DNA of 64,000 bases from IMG/VR virus record IMGVR_UViG_3300035070_002905, positions 64,001 through 128,000 of that record. One strand, written 5' to 3'. A program made the translations under genes and the position numbers. This document shows, piece by piece, positions 19,872-29,263 of the stretch (position 1 is its first letter; the number at the start of each line of letters is the position of its first letter). The notes under the pieces are model-generated. The model did not search any database and was not told the DNA's origin. It saw only the letters and a list, made by a program, of their open reading frames with translations. This DNA comes from a virus.

Positions 19872-22807
19872 TATCTACCTACCTTATTCTTGTAGTCCTC
19901 TGTGGACATATGCCAAGGAGTGTCCTGGCGTAAGTTACGTTCGTTCAACTGCTTCATCTGCTGAGTCAACTCGTTAGTGGCAAAGCTATTGGCTTTCACC
20001 TGGCTGGCTAGGTCTCCGCTGTTGAGTAGATTGTCGAGGTTCTTACCGATATCCTTGAAGGCCGAAGTATCAATCCCCAGGTCGTCGTCAGACTTACCTG
20101 CAGCTTTCTCTTCTTGGTACTTCATAGCGTCAGCGATAAGCTTGGCGTCAGTATCGTTGTTGCCACCGAATATACTGCTAATGGCTCCCGTATTGAAGTC
20201 ATTCTCGATTGCCCGTGCACCGCCTCTATTGTTAATGTACTCTTCGGCGTCTTCACGAGAGAACCCTAGACTAGATAGCCTCTGAAGGATATCCTCTTTG
20301 CCATTAATGTTGGCTGCACTCGCCGACTTAATACCGCCTCCGACTGTCATACCAGTAAGCGGATCGAATGTCCCAGTAGTTGTAGGCATAGTATCGCGAG
20401 TCTTACCAGCTGCCTTAGCTGCCGTACCGACTATAGCGTCTATCTCACCTCCTGCCACTACCCTACGTGCCTCTTCTTCAGATACTCCGTAACCCTTAAG
20501 GTATTGTATCTGCTCGGCTTTGGATGCTCCCGTTAGGCGGGCTTTGATCGCCTTGTTCATATCGCCAGAGTAAGTGTCCTGGTATGCGCCACGTAGTACA
20601 TCTCCGCTAACGCCACGATCACCCATACGACTAGCAATGAAGTCATCGCCTGATTTCTTAAAGGCGCTTGCTGATACCTGCTTAACCTTAGTACGTCGGA
20701 TCTCATTTTTAGCTGCACCCTCATTTACCAGTTGGTTTACTCGAGTGGTTATGCCTGCAGGATCGTCTGTACCGAATACCGCACCGCCTGACTGCTTGTT
20801 TACCTTATAGGCTAGCGTCTCGATACGATCGAGCTCTTCCTGGGTATAGCTGTCACGTCCCAGTAAGCTCATTAGCTCACGGGCGTCTTGCTGTGCCTGT
20901 CCTTCAGCCTTAGCTGACTGAGTGGTAATACCGGTAATCACCGAGGTCCACTTATCGTTAGTCGAGAAGCTGCCTCCGCTAGTAGCTCCAGTAACCGGGC
21001 TAGTATAAGTACCCTGCATTGAACCTGACTGTAAGCCGACTACATTGCCGCCAGCGTCGTAACCCTCAGCACGCGCGGTACCGGGTACGCCTAGGATCGA
21101 TGCTGTAGTACTCTCCCAAGCATCCGCTAGCCATGAACTAGCAGCCAGAGGAGCTGTGCCTATTCCTGCACCTGCACCACGTGTATTAGATCCAATCTGA
21201 CGGAACTCGTTCTGAATAGCGCCTAGACCCCAGACGCCTGCCATCGATAGCCCTTCACGACCACGACGGTTAGCCGTCTCACGACGACCAGATGCATCCG
21301 ATGCTAGAGATCGGTTAGTACGGTTAGTAGGATCCTGCTCTGCCTGATATGCCAGTACAAGCGACTGGAACTCTTGCGAGCTATAGCCGTTCTGCTGTGC
21401 CACCGTAGCCAGGTTCTCGATCTTACTAGCGTCCATGCCCGAAGCACGTGCCAGACTCTGTAGCATCTTGAGTGGACCGTTGATCATGCCGTCGCTACCT
21501 ATGAACTCACTCATATTAGCGCCTTGGTTCATGAACTGCTTACCCATGGTACCGTAAGGATCAGCCGCGAACTGTGCTCCGAATGCAGAGGTCGTACCTA
21601 CTACACTAGAGCCTGGACGCATACCGCCCATCATCATCATTTGGCCCATCGGAGAGCTCATCATACGCATGCCGCCTTGCATTACGTTCTGAGTCATCCC
21701 CTCCATACCGCCTAGAGCTGCTACCTGTCCTGCAGAGATTAACCCTGAACGACGTGCTCCTGAGAAGCCGGCGAATATGTCTGCAGCCTGTGTCTGACCG
21801 AGTATCGGTGCGACGCCGTATTGGCTGGCGATCATCTGCCCTTGGTTACCTACGGTATTCATTAGCTGGTCTACGCTGACGCCTGATGCTGCCGAGGCAG
21901 AACTCATCATACGCATGACCGTTCCCATCTGAGAGATGTTCTCAACGCCGGCTCCACGCATGCGACTCATATAGTCCACAGCTTCTTTAACGGAGTCAGT
22001 GTTAGCTAACGTCATGATAGTCTTAACGTTATCGGCCATAGCCTTAACGCCTTCGGTAATACGGTTGACGTCCATATTGCCTATGTTGTTGAACATGCCT
22101 GAAGCCATACCGTAGTCGCCGATCGCGTTGAAGTCCTCTGCGGAGAACGTGAAGTCCTCTGCACCGGCTTTAGTTAACGCGCTGGACAGCTGGGTTGCTC
22201 TAGTATTACTAATACCGTAAGCTCCTGAAGCATTAGCGCCCTGGCCTGATACGAAGGTATCGCCTAGACGGTCACGCCAGTTCTGTGCTCCCCGACGAGC
22301 CTCTACGTATGGGTCCATTACATTACGGTCTGCGAAGCTAGCAACTCCAGCTGCGGCAGCCATCGGTAGCATTGCACCGGCTACAAAGCCACCTGCTGCT
22401 CCACCTATTGCTCCCATGCCGACTCTACCGGCTATACCGCGTCCTAGGGCTGAACCGAATCGGTTAGCTCCACCGGATAGCAGTCTATCTGCACCGTACC
22501 AGGCAGCCAGTGGGATCGCACCCTTCTGCATAGCACTCATGCCTGCGTCCATCGGTGCGAACGCAATGTTAGATCTGTGTGCTCCGTAGTATTGGGAAGG
22601 ATCGTCTCGAGCCCTCCTATCATCTCCGAATGGCGTAAACGCCTCGTGCATCGAATAGCCTAAACCAAAACGGGGAGCGTACGGGTTATCCGCTTGCTCC
22701 CTCTGGTAGGCTGGTCGAAACTGAGACATATAAGCCGGCGTCATGTAGGCAGGGTCTATGTTCCATCCCTGGTACGTGCTCATCGGCGTATTGAATTGAT
22801 CAACCAT
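19871..22807 (-). CDS. Tail tape measure protein
   Basis: 978 aa Ala/Gly/Met-rich helical protein directly after a frameshifted chaperone pair. Confidence 0.75.
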   Translation of the reverse strand: MVDQFNTPMSTYQGWNIDPAYMTPAYMSQFRPAYQREQADNPYAPRFGLGYSMHEAFTPFGDDRRARDDPSQYYGAHRSNIAFAPMDAGMSAMQKGAIPLAAWYGADRLLSGGANRFGSALGRGIAGRVGMGAIGGAAGGFVAGAMLPMAAAAGVASFADRNVMDPYVEARRGAQNWRDRLGDTFVSGQGANASGAYGISNTRATQLSSALTKAGAEDFTFSAEDFNAIGDYGMASGMFNNIGNMDVNRITEGVKAMADNVKTIMTLANTDSVKEAVDYMSRMRGAGVENISQMGTVMRMMSSASAASGVSVDQLMNTVGNQGQMIASQYGVAPILGQTQAADIFAGFSGARRSGLISAGQVAALGGMEGMTQNVMQGGMRMMSSPMGQMMMMGGMRPGSSVVGTTSAFGAQFAADPYGTMGKQFMNQGANMSEFIGSDGMINGPLKMLQSLARASGMDASKIENLATVAQQNGYSSQEFQSLVLAYQAEQDPTNRTNRSLASDASGRRETANRRGREGLSMAGVWGLGAIQNEFRQIGSNTRGAGAGIGTAPLAASSWLADAWESTTASILGVPGTARAEGYDAGGNVVGLQSGSMQGTYTSPVTGATSGGSFSTNDKWTSVITGITTQSAKAEGQAQQDARELMSLLGRDSYTQEELDRIETLAYKVNKQSGGAVFGTDDPAGITTRVNQLVNEGAAKNEIRRTKVKQVSASAFKKSGDDFIASRMGDRGVSGDVLRGAYQDTYSGDMNKAIKARLTGASKAEQIQYLKGYGVSEEEARRVVAGGEIDAIVGTAAKAAGKTRDTMPTTTGTFDPLTGMTVGGGIKSASAANINGKEDILQRLSSLGFSREDAEEYINNRGGARAIENDFNTGAISSIFGGNNDTDAKLIADAMKYQEEKAAGKSDDDLGIDTSAFKDIGKNLDNLLNSGDLASQVKANSFATNELTQQMKQLNERNLRQDTPWHMSTEDYKNKVGR

Positions 22808-23117
22808 CTATTAGTCCTCTTACAACAGCCTGTCCGTCCTCCAGTTCCATAGTTGGACGTAAGTGCTTAACGTTATTCTGGTATTCATCCATCATCTCTG
22901 CGTATCGATCTTCGATGTCTTCAAACCAAAGCGCCGCTACTGCCTTACGGTATTGAGTCTTCATCAGGTCGATGTTATTTGTTGCTGCAGCTATCTGAGT
23001 CATGAGCATATGGCTTTCGGTCGCCTTCTGCTTACCTAGCGCCTTACGCAGTTGTCTATCTCGCATAGAAAGAAGGGGACCTGGATCGATCCCCTTTATG
23101 TAAAGTTCCATGCGCAT
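22800..23117 (-). CDS. Tail assembly chaperone, frameshift extension (gpT-like)
   Basis: In the -1 frame of the upstream gene, open back to the slippery site; no convincing RBS. Confidence 0.7.
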   Translation of the reverse strand: MRMELYIKGIDPGPLLSMRDRQLRKALGKQKATESHMLMTQIAAATNNIDLMKTQYRKAVAALWFEDIEDRYAEMMDEYQNNVKHLRPTMELEDGQAVVRGLIDG

Positions 23118-23134
23118 ATTCGCCCATGACTCTT

Positions 23135-23659
23135 TTAAAAATTTTCTTCGCCGTACCCTAGGGCATTACGGATAGAGACATCGAAGGTGGACATGTGACG
23201 GCTAAGCATCTCGACTACCTGACTTGGGAGTGCGCGTACTTTGTCGTAGCGGGCCTTCTGGTCCATGCCGCTGTAGTCTGTACCGTTAAGATCCATCAGC
23301 GAGTATGATAGGCTCAGTACCGCAGCCATCGTCTGGTATGCAGACATCGTCTGGAACTGCATGCCGTCTAGCTGGCGGGCAATCTTCACGTCTTCATCCG
23401 CCGTGCGGCTCTTAAGCTTGCACGAGTAGCGCTTACCTAGCGGGAATGTCTCTTCGTATGAGCCCTGGAAGAATAGATCGTCGTAGATCTTAAGGAACTT
23501 AGCCTTCTCTGCCTCGCTCGGGCCTTCTACTACAGGCTCTTCTGGTAATTCAGGTAGTGTAGGCGTCACCTCGGCCTCTTCCTGTGCTTCAGCTACTAGC
23601 ATCGGCTCGTCGAAGTCCAGTGAGTTATCTACTTCAGCGAAGTCTAGTTTGTTTTCCAT
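23135..23659 (-). CDS. Tail assembly chaperone (gpG-like)
   Basis: Ends GAA AAT TTT TAA; AGGAG RBS; upstream of the tape measure. Confidence 0.7.
   Translation of the reverse strand: MENKLDFAEVDNSLDFDEPMLVAEAQEEAEVTPTLPELPEEPVVEGPSEAEKAKFLKIYDDLFFQGSYEETFPLGKRYSCKLKSRTADEDVKIARQLDGMQFQTMSAYQTMAAVLSLSYSLMDLNGTDYSGMDQKARYDKVRALPSQVVEMLSRHMSTFDVSIRNALGYGEENF
23138..23144 (-). other. Programmed -1 ribosomal frameshift site A AAT TTT
   Basis: X XXY YYZ heptamer just before the stop; the -1 frame reads LKESWAN into MRMELY. Confidence 0.8.
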
Positions 23660-23686
23660 TGTGTTTCTCCTTTTAGTATGTACCTA

Positions 23687-23693
23687 TATTTTA
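23687..23693 (-). promoter_or_regulatory. Candidate late promoter TAAAATA
   Basis: Between the terminase terminator and the chaperone RBS. Confidence 0.6.
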
Positions 23694-23696
23694 GGC

Positions 23697-23722
23697 ATAA
23701 AGAAGCCCTCACGAGGAGGGCT
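23697..23722 (-). terminator. Intrinsic terminator after terminase
   Basis: AGCCCTC-ctcgt-GAGGGCT then TCTTTAT on the minus strand. Confidence 0.65.
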
Positions 23723-23729
23723 GGATGAT

Positions 23730-25370
23730 TTACTCTACGAAACGCTCGAAGTGTCCACAGGTGTACTGGTAGCCGAGGTATGCGAATGTAACCGCATGGA
23801 ACCAGTCATCAGGGATGTTCGGGTCTTTAACGTATAGACGCTTACCGACTCGAGTCTCTTCCTCGTAGATAGCCAGTGCGTCATTCCACAGGTATTCCGT
23901 CTGTTCCCAGCAGGGAGCAAGGAAGCGTCCTGGACCCCAACGCATAGCTGACATGATGTTATCCATGGCACGCGTACGGTCGGCTGCAAGGTAGTTACCC
24001 TTAGTATTCCAGTATAGCATCGTATCGCTTGATACATACTGGGTCATGATCGCACGGTTATGGCCGAAGCGTTGCTGCATGATCTCGCCTTGTAGTACAC
24101 CGACACCACGGTCCGAGCTGATACACTTAACGTTCCACTTATTAGCCATCTCACATACCAGGTCGACCTGATCGTGGATCTTCGCATCGGCGTACTTCTT
24201 AGAGTCTAGTAGAACGATCGAGTTGTCTGCACATATACCAATGACGACTGCGATGGTCGACGATGACTTACTGCCTGATACCGACCAGTCGACACCGAGG
24301 ATGGTCGAGTGGATGCTCCCGATCTTAGCCTCTAGGTGTGGCGGGACGTTAGAGCCATCGGGTAGAGGCCACTCGCGCCACTCGGGGTCTGAACATGCCT
24401 GAGCCTCGCCCAAGCTGAGTGATGATGCACCCATATCTGTAGCCAGACCGAATACTTCGTTAGCTAGTGTGGCTGGAGTGTACAGACCGCCTTTAAGTGA
24501 GTCCTCTACTTTCTTGTAGAGCTGAGGCCACTTAGGCTTACGGTCACCGGTCTCACCTTCAACCGAGATGTTGGCACCGAAGATTAGCTGTGGGAGATGC
24601 AGACCGACACGGTCCTTCTCGTTAAACTTAACCCACTGCCCGTCGAAGAAGTCGAAGCGTGAGTGACAGTGTGGACATACCATGTGCTTAGGGTTAACAC
24701 ACATCTCCATACACGTGTCGAAGTCATGTGGAATCACCCACTTGCTGCACTTATCGCACTTCTTAACCCATTCCTGCTTATTGCTCAACTGCCAGAGCTG
24801 CTCTAGGGTATTCGCCGTTGACTTACTCGTACCGGTGAACATCTGGTAGCCGAACTGAGAGGTGTTGAGGATCTCACCGATTACCGGGATGATGTCCATC
24901 GACACGTCCTGCACCTCATCGATACACATTAGGTCGGCTGTTAGACCACGCACACGGTCGGCATCTGCGCCGGTCTGTGCATACGACAGGTATACTGTAC
25001 TCTTATTCTTGTATGTCTTTTGGAATACGTTACCGACGTCCTTCTGATCCACACAGTACTTGCTGATATACTCACAGTCCCTGAAGATGTCCAGGTAACC
25101 AGAGGAGAATCGCTTGGTTTGTATCTGTGAAGGCGTGATGTATAACGATTGGAACCAGGGCTGTGCGACCGAGCCAATATTGATGCGTCCTGCAAGGCCT
25201 AGTGACTTACCCACCTGACGTGACGCCTTGAGTACTAGGTAATCCTCGTACGTATCATAAATCTTGCGTTGTGGACCGTAGTTGTTGCCAAACTCCACAC
25301 GTGACCCACGGAAATCTAGTATTGCCTCTGCAATCTGACTGCCCTTGAGCTTACTCATATCGATGTTCAT
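23730..25370 (-). CDS. terL: Terminase large subunit
   Basis: Walker A KASRQVGKS, Walker B LMCIDEVQD, CxxC pairs, nuclease ILGVDWS and DDWFHA. Confidence 0.9.
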   Translation of the reverse strand: MNIDMSKLKGSQIAEAILDFRGSRVEFGNNYGPQRKIYDTYEDYLVLKASRQVGKSLGLAGRINIGSVAQPWFQSLYITPSQIQTKRFSSGYLDIFRDCEYISKYCVDQKDVGNVFQKTYKNKSTVYLSYAQTGADADRVRGLTADLMCIDEVQDVSMDIIPVIGEILNTSQFGYQMFTGTSKSTANTLEQLWQLSNKQEWVKKCDKCSKWVIPHDFDTCMEMCVNPKHMVCPHCHSRFDFFDGQWVKFNEKDRVGLHLPQLIFGANISVEGETGDRKPKWPQLYKKVEDSLKGGLYTPATLANEVFGLATDMGASSLSLGEAQACSDPEWREWPLPDGSNVPPHLEAKIGSIHSTILGVDWSVSGSKSSSTIAVVIGICADNSIVLLDSKKYADAKIHDQVDLVCEMANKWNVKCISSDRGVGVLQGEIMQQRFGHNRAIMTQYVSSDTMLYWNTKGNYLAADRTRAMDNIMSAMRWGPGRFLAPCWEQTEYLWNDALAIYEEETRVGKRLYVKDPNIPDDWFHAVTFAYLGYQYTCGHFERFVE

Positions 25371-25393
25371 AAAGTCTCCTTGTTTGCTATACT

Positions 25394-25400
25394 TATTTTA
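25394..25400 (-). promoter_or_regulatory. Candidate late promoter TAAAATA
   Basis: About 24 nt upstream of the terL ATG. Confidence 0.6.
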
Positions 25401-25498
25401 GTTTGAGAATACACCCTAAAATATCTTAATGTATGCTTGACGATATCAAAGGAGGGGTGGTAGGTCATCTAGTACCGGCGCCCGTTCCTTCTAGATAT

Positions 25499-25505
25499 TA
25501 AAATA
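25499..25505 (+). promoter_or_regulatory. Candidate late promoter TAAAATA (second copy at 25417-25423)
   Basis: About 21 nt upstream of ATG 25526. Confidence 0.5.
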
Positions 25506-25525
25506 GTAGTAAAGAGGAGGCTTTT

Positions 25526-26200
25526 ATGTCACATATAAAACCAAAGGACCTCTACAAGCGTAGAGACCGATATAACAAGAAGATTCGCGGGTTCCACCCC
25601 CTCGTAGATGACCTGCTAGACGGCAAGATCGACGAGGAGTTGATGGAAGAGGTCAACGAGATCTACCACGACTCAGATATCACCAAAATACACGTAGAAG
25701 CTGCATTATGTTCAGATAGTAGCTACGATAAGATCTCCGAGGTGCTAGGTATCCCTGCAGACATCCTCGAATTGTACCACGACTGGATGTATCCTATCCG
25801 TGAACTCGGGTTGTCTTACAAGATACGTCATATCAACAAACTACCGGCAGGTACTGGACGAACTTACAAACAGTACGTGCATACAGAGGGTCTAGACTAC
25901 CTGATTCACCTCCTCGGTGGTAAAGTGGAGGTCTCACCTACTGAAATCATCAAAGAAAGCATGCAGACTGCTTACATGAAGGGCAAAGAGGCTCGTCATA
26001 GTAATATTTCATCAGAATCAAGCAAACAGGCACGAAATTGGATGCGAGACGGTGTTCAAACCGCATTAATCGTTAAAAATGAGCTTGGCGGCGCTGATAA
26101 CTACGATGCAGTGGCTGAATTGAGTGAAAAACTACAACTTGTACACGGCAAGGACGATGCGGCAAGCGCAGAAGACCTTGGAATTACTTTGGAGCCCTAG
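25526..26200 (+). CDS. Hypothetical helical protein divergent from terL (possible terminase small subunit)
   Basis: Strong GAGGAGG RBS; HTH-like SYDKISEVLGIPADIL; function inferred from position only. Confidence 0.55.
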   Translation: MSHIKPKDLYKRRDRYNKKIRGFHPLVDDLLDGKIDEELMEEVNEIYHDSDITKIHVEAALCSDSSYDKISEVLGIPADILELYHDWMYPIRELGLSYKIRHINKLPAGTGRTYKQYVHTEGLDYLIHLLGGKVEVSPTEIIKESMQTAYMKGKEARHSNISSESSKQARNWMRDGVQTALIVKNELGGADNYDAVAELSEKLQLVHGKDDAASAEDLGITLEP

Positions 26201-26224
26201 TGGCTCCATTTTTTTCGTTTTCCT

Positions 26225-26232
26225 GTTATAAG
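26225..26232 (+). promoter_or_regulatory. Candidate early/middle promoter GTTATAAG
   Basis: Heads a plus-strand small-gene block. Confidence 0.55.
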
Positions 26233-26269
26233 TCCCTTGAGTATACAAACAATTTACCAGGAGATGCTG

Positions 26270-26431
26270 ATGAAGTATTTCACACAGTCCAGTGGAGTGT
26301 ACGCCGTGATCCTCGTAGCATTATGTGCTTTGATGGCCTACGCGTGTTCATTTACTGTAGTCGCACTGATCCCAGGCATGTTTGGGATTCTAACTATCAT
26401 GAGTTATATGGATGACGTATGGAATATTTAA
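26270..26431 (+). CDS. Small membrane protein
   Basis: AGGAG RBS; two hydrophobic segments. Confidence 0.6.
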   Translation: MKYFTQSSGVYAVILVALCALMAYACSFTVVALIPGMFGILTIMSYMDDVWNI

Positions 26432-26583
26432 AGAGTGAGAACGTTGTAGGTCTAGCAGGTACAATCCTTGCGCTAGTCATCATGGGAGCTATCCTCGCGC
26501 TGTGCACCTGGTTGGTGTTCCAGTCTGCGTGGTGGTTGTTACCAATATTCTTAGGGCTCATGGCTCTCGGGGAGGCTGGATGA
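26419..26583 (+). CDS. Small membrane protein (54 aa, below track cutoff)
   Basis: MEYLKSENVVGLAGTILALVIMGAILALCTWLVF...; ATGA-coupled to the next gene. Confidence 0.55.
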   Translation: MEYLKSENVVGLAGTILALVIMGAILALCTWLVFQSAWWLLPIFLGLMALGEAG

Positions 26584-26966
26584 GTGAATGGACAGAATAC
26601 CTCAGTCGTGCAGTCAACGGGTCGGGTGAACTGGCCATTCATGTGGATGAGCGTGAGAATCGCATCATTTTAGACACCGGCGAGAAGAATAAGCTGCGTC
26701 TAGGTCATAAAGCGTGGAAACATGCTGGTTTTGAGCTAAATCTACCTGATTATGAGGGTAAATTGACGCATATTCGCTGTTCTTATCGTGAAGTGCAGCT
26801 CGAGAAGGTAATTCTACACGATAAACGCTATGAACTCGTTACTACTACCGGTTCGTATAATATCGTGCACCGTGCCTTCTGGCCTAACCGTGAGAACCAG
26901 CAACACTACGAGCACATGGACGGATTCGTCGAGCGTGTGCCTAAAAATAAATACTTTGTACAGTGA
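26580..26966 (+). CDS. Hypothetical protein
   Basis: GGAGG RBS, ATGA overlap. Confidence 0.65.
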   Translation: MSEWTEYLSRAVNGSGELAIHVDERENRIILDTGEKNKLRLGHKAWKHAGFELNLPDYEGKLTHIRCSYREVQLEKVILHDKRYELVTTTGSYNIVHRAFWPNRENQQHYEHMDGFVERVPKNKYFVQ

Positions 26967-26972
26967 GGTAAC

Positions 26973-27179
26973 ATGGTACCAGAATATTTCTCACTTGATT
27001 TCAAGGGCGTAGTCGCTGCAGTCAAGTCTAAAGAGTATATTACAGATGAGATGGCTATTCTCAAAGTTACTCCGGTCTCCGGTGGACTTCGAGTCGAGCA
27101 CGTGACGTTCAGTCGCTGTTGTCCACCTGAATATGACACTACTACCGTAACAGAAGAGGAAATTAACAATGAAATTTGA
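26973..27179 (+). CDS. Hypothetical protein
   Basis: GAGG RBS. Confidence 0.55.
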   Translation: MVPEYFSLDFKGVVAAVKSKEYITDEMAILKVTPVSGGLRVEHVTFSRCCPPEYDTTTVTEEEINNEI

Positions 27180-27423
27180 AGTTATCGCAACGCGCCTAAC
27201 AAATAAGAGCAACCGAGTAGAAGTTGCACTGCAAGCTCTTAAAGATATGCAAGATGAATGCTTCCACGATCATGTTGAAGAGACCTTCGAACCATATTTC
27301 GAAACGATGGGCATTTATCGTGCAGCTCCCTGGTCAATGATGAGCGGTCCAGAGTATTTCTACGTGTGTGTCCAGCAAGTTGGCACCGGTCACCGATATG
27401 AAATCCTCAAGTTGCTACAATAA
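27169..27423 (+). CDS. Hypothetical protein
   Basis: GAGGA RBS. Confidence 0.6.
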   Translation: MKFEVIATRLTNKSNRVEVALQALKDMQDECFHDHVEETFEPYFETMGIYRAAPWSMMSGPEYFYVCVQQVGTGHRYEILKLLQ

Positions 27424-27735
27424 TACACGTTGCTACACGTTTTGCTACACGCTAAAGCTAGGCCCTGCCTGGCTTTTCTTGTTTTTGTAGCAATGTAGCA
27501 TGTAGCAGTCGTTTTAGATACACACTTATAGAGAAAGACATACTAATACTTGGTCTTATATATAAATAAATAAAATCTCGTTTAGTGTATAGATGTGTAT
27601 AATAATGATACTCTCTCTACTAGTATGTGTATGTAAACGGATTTTTTTGCTACAATGCTACAAAATGGCACAAACCCTTACCCCGCCTAGAGAAATCGTG
27701 TAGCAAACCATGTAGCAAACTGTATTTTTGTAGCA
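27413..27735. repeat. Iteron-like TGCTACA/TGTAGCA array around an AT-rich core; candidate replication origin
   Basis: 11 heptamer copies in both orientations in the largest non-coding gap; overall imperfect inverted repeat. Confidence 0.7.
27454..27486 (+). terminator. Probable intrinsic terminator
   Basis: AAAGCTAGGC-cct-GCCTGGCTTT followed by a T-rich run. Confidence 0.5.
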
Positions 27736-27780
27736 AAACGACTCTTAAATTAGCTATTGACAAACGAAAGGACTGATGAT

Positions 27781-28164
27781 ATGAATCATCAAATAACTCT
27801 TACTCGTGGAGATCGGGAAGGCTTCGAGGAGTTTACCGACATCTTCACTAACGAAAGAAACAACAAAATCATCATCTGGTTTGAAGGTGACATATGTGGA
27901 CGCGGTGTACAATTCGGATTCGGTCACCCAGATCCGGACGCCTACTTCGAGATTCTAGATATAGAGGAGCCGGTAGGTTCTTTTGAAAGTCTAGAGCTAT
28001 ACGACGCCGAGCAGGTACATCCTGACACCCATCGCATGACGTATATCATCGTCACCGATCAAGGCCGCTACCCTATATGTATATTCCAGCATGAATCCAT
28101 CAATGTTAGCACGCAGTCTATCTGGAAGGGTGAAGTAGGCCGAGACTGGGAGAGTATACTATGA
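27781..28164 (+). CDS. ESIL-family paralog 1
   Basis: Ends DWESIL; shares FGF..DPDAYFE and YIIVTD.GRYPICI with paralog 2. Confidence 0.7.
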   Translation: MNHQITLTRGDREGFEEFTDIFTNERNNKIIIWFEGDICGRGVQFGFGHPDPDAYFEILDIEEPVGSFESLELYDAEQVHPDTHRMTYIIVTDQGRYPICIFQHESINVSTQSIWKGEVGRDWESIL

Positions 28165-28541
28165 GTCCAGTATCAACGCTGAGACGTGGTGATCGTCCCG
28201 GGTTCTACGATCTGGTAGACATCCAGATCTCGCCAGAAGGCTCCCGTCTACACCTGCGGTTCGAAGAGGGTACTAGCAATACCGGTATCACCTTCGGATT
28301 TCACGACGACCCAGACGCCTACTTCGAGATGCCTGAATTCGATGAGCTCGAGGGCGAGTTCCTCCGCCTAGAGGTATACCCTCGCGAGTGGGTCCACGAG
28401 TATACAACGGCACGTGTAGAGTATATAATAGTCACCGATAAGGGTCGCTATCCGATATGCATAATGAAGCATCAATCAGATGATGATAGTGGTGTAAGTC
28501 ACTGGGCCCACAATCCTAACTGGGAGAGTATCCTATGGTAA
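28161..28541 (+). CDS. ESIL-family paralog 2
   Basis: Ends NWESILW. Confidence 0.7.
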   Translation: MSPVSTLRRGDRPGFYDLVDIQISPEGSRLHLRFEEGTSNTGITFGFHDDPDAYFEMPEFDELEGEFLRLEVYPREWVHEYTTARVEYIIVTDKGRYPICIMKHQSDDDSGVSHWAHNPNWESILW

Positions 28542-28912
28542 TGGCAACACTTGGTCCTACCGATGGTCTGGTAGACTTCCACGATATCCACACACAGGAG
28601 GGCAATGAGATCCTCCTCGAGTACCTCGACCGCGACGGTGCTCCCGTAGGCGTCGCCTGGGGCTTTAACGTACGAGACAACTGCACCTACGAGATCCTAG
28701 ACTTCACCGAACCCACCGGTGATCACATCCGCACCATCTTCGGAGCCCGACACACCCTCCACGAGGATACCACGGCTACGATGACGGTAACGATAGTCAC
28801 CGAGGACGGAGAGTTCCCGATCACCATCCTACAACACGGTCGTTCACGTGCAGACACCACCGGTCGCTGGATACGAGAGGTCCACCATGATGAGTGGGAG
28901 AGTATCCTATGA
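28535..28912 (+). CDS. ESIL-family paralog 3
   Basis: Ends EWESIL; IVTEDGEFPITI. Confidence 0.7.
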   Translation: MVMATLGPTDGLVDFHDIHTQEGNEILLEYLDRDGAPVGVAWGFNVRDNCTYEILDFTEPTGDHIRTIFGARHTLHEDTTATMTVTIVTEDGEFPITILQHGRSRADTTGRWIREVHHDEWESIL

Positions 28913-29253
28913 TCCTAGCAGAAATAAAGTACACAGGCGGTCGGACTAAGATATACGACATCTTCCACTACGATGAGTGTAGTCTATTCTTCCAGTTCGA
29001 CGATGGCTTCGTCCAATATGGATACGAGCACGGCCGTACCTGTGAACTAATCGCACCCGACGACTTCGAAGGTGACTTCGTAACGCTCATCCTGCATGAA
29101 TCTAACGAAGTACATCGAAATGTACACGAATCTCTGGCTGTACTACGCACTACAGTCGGGGAATACCACTTCCTCATCCGCACCCACGGCTCGCCCACTA
29201 CCATCGGACGACACACGAACAACCTACCCGTGGACGCGGAGAGCATACTATAA
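28909..29253 (+). CDS. ESIL-family paralog 4
   Basis: Ends DAESIL; LRTTVGEYHFLI. Confidence 0.65.
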   Translation: MILAEIKYTGGRTKIYDIFHYDECSLFFQFDDGFVQYGYEHGRTCELIAPDDFEGDFVTLILHESNEVHRNVHESLAVLRTTVGEYHFLIRTHGSPTTIGRHTNNLPVDAESIL

Positions 29254-29263
29254 GGAGCAACAC

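Noticed and set aside
27413-27735. Short repeats as a CRISPR array
   Set aside because: Repeats are only 7 bp, in both orientations and irregularly spaced; no cas genes.
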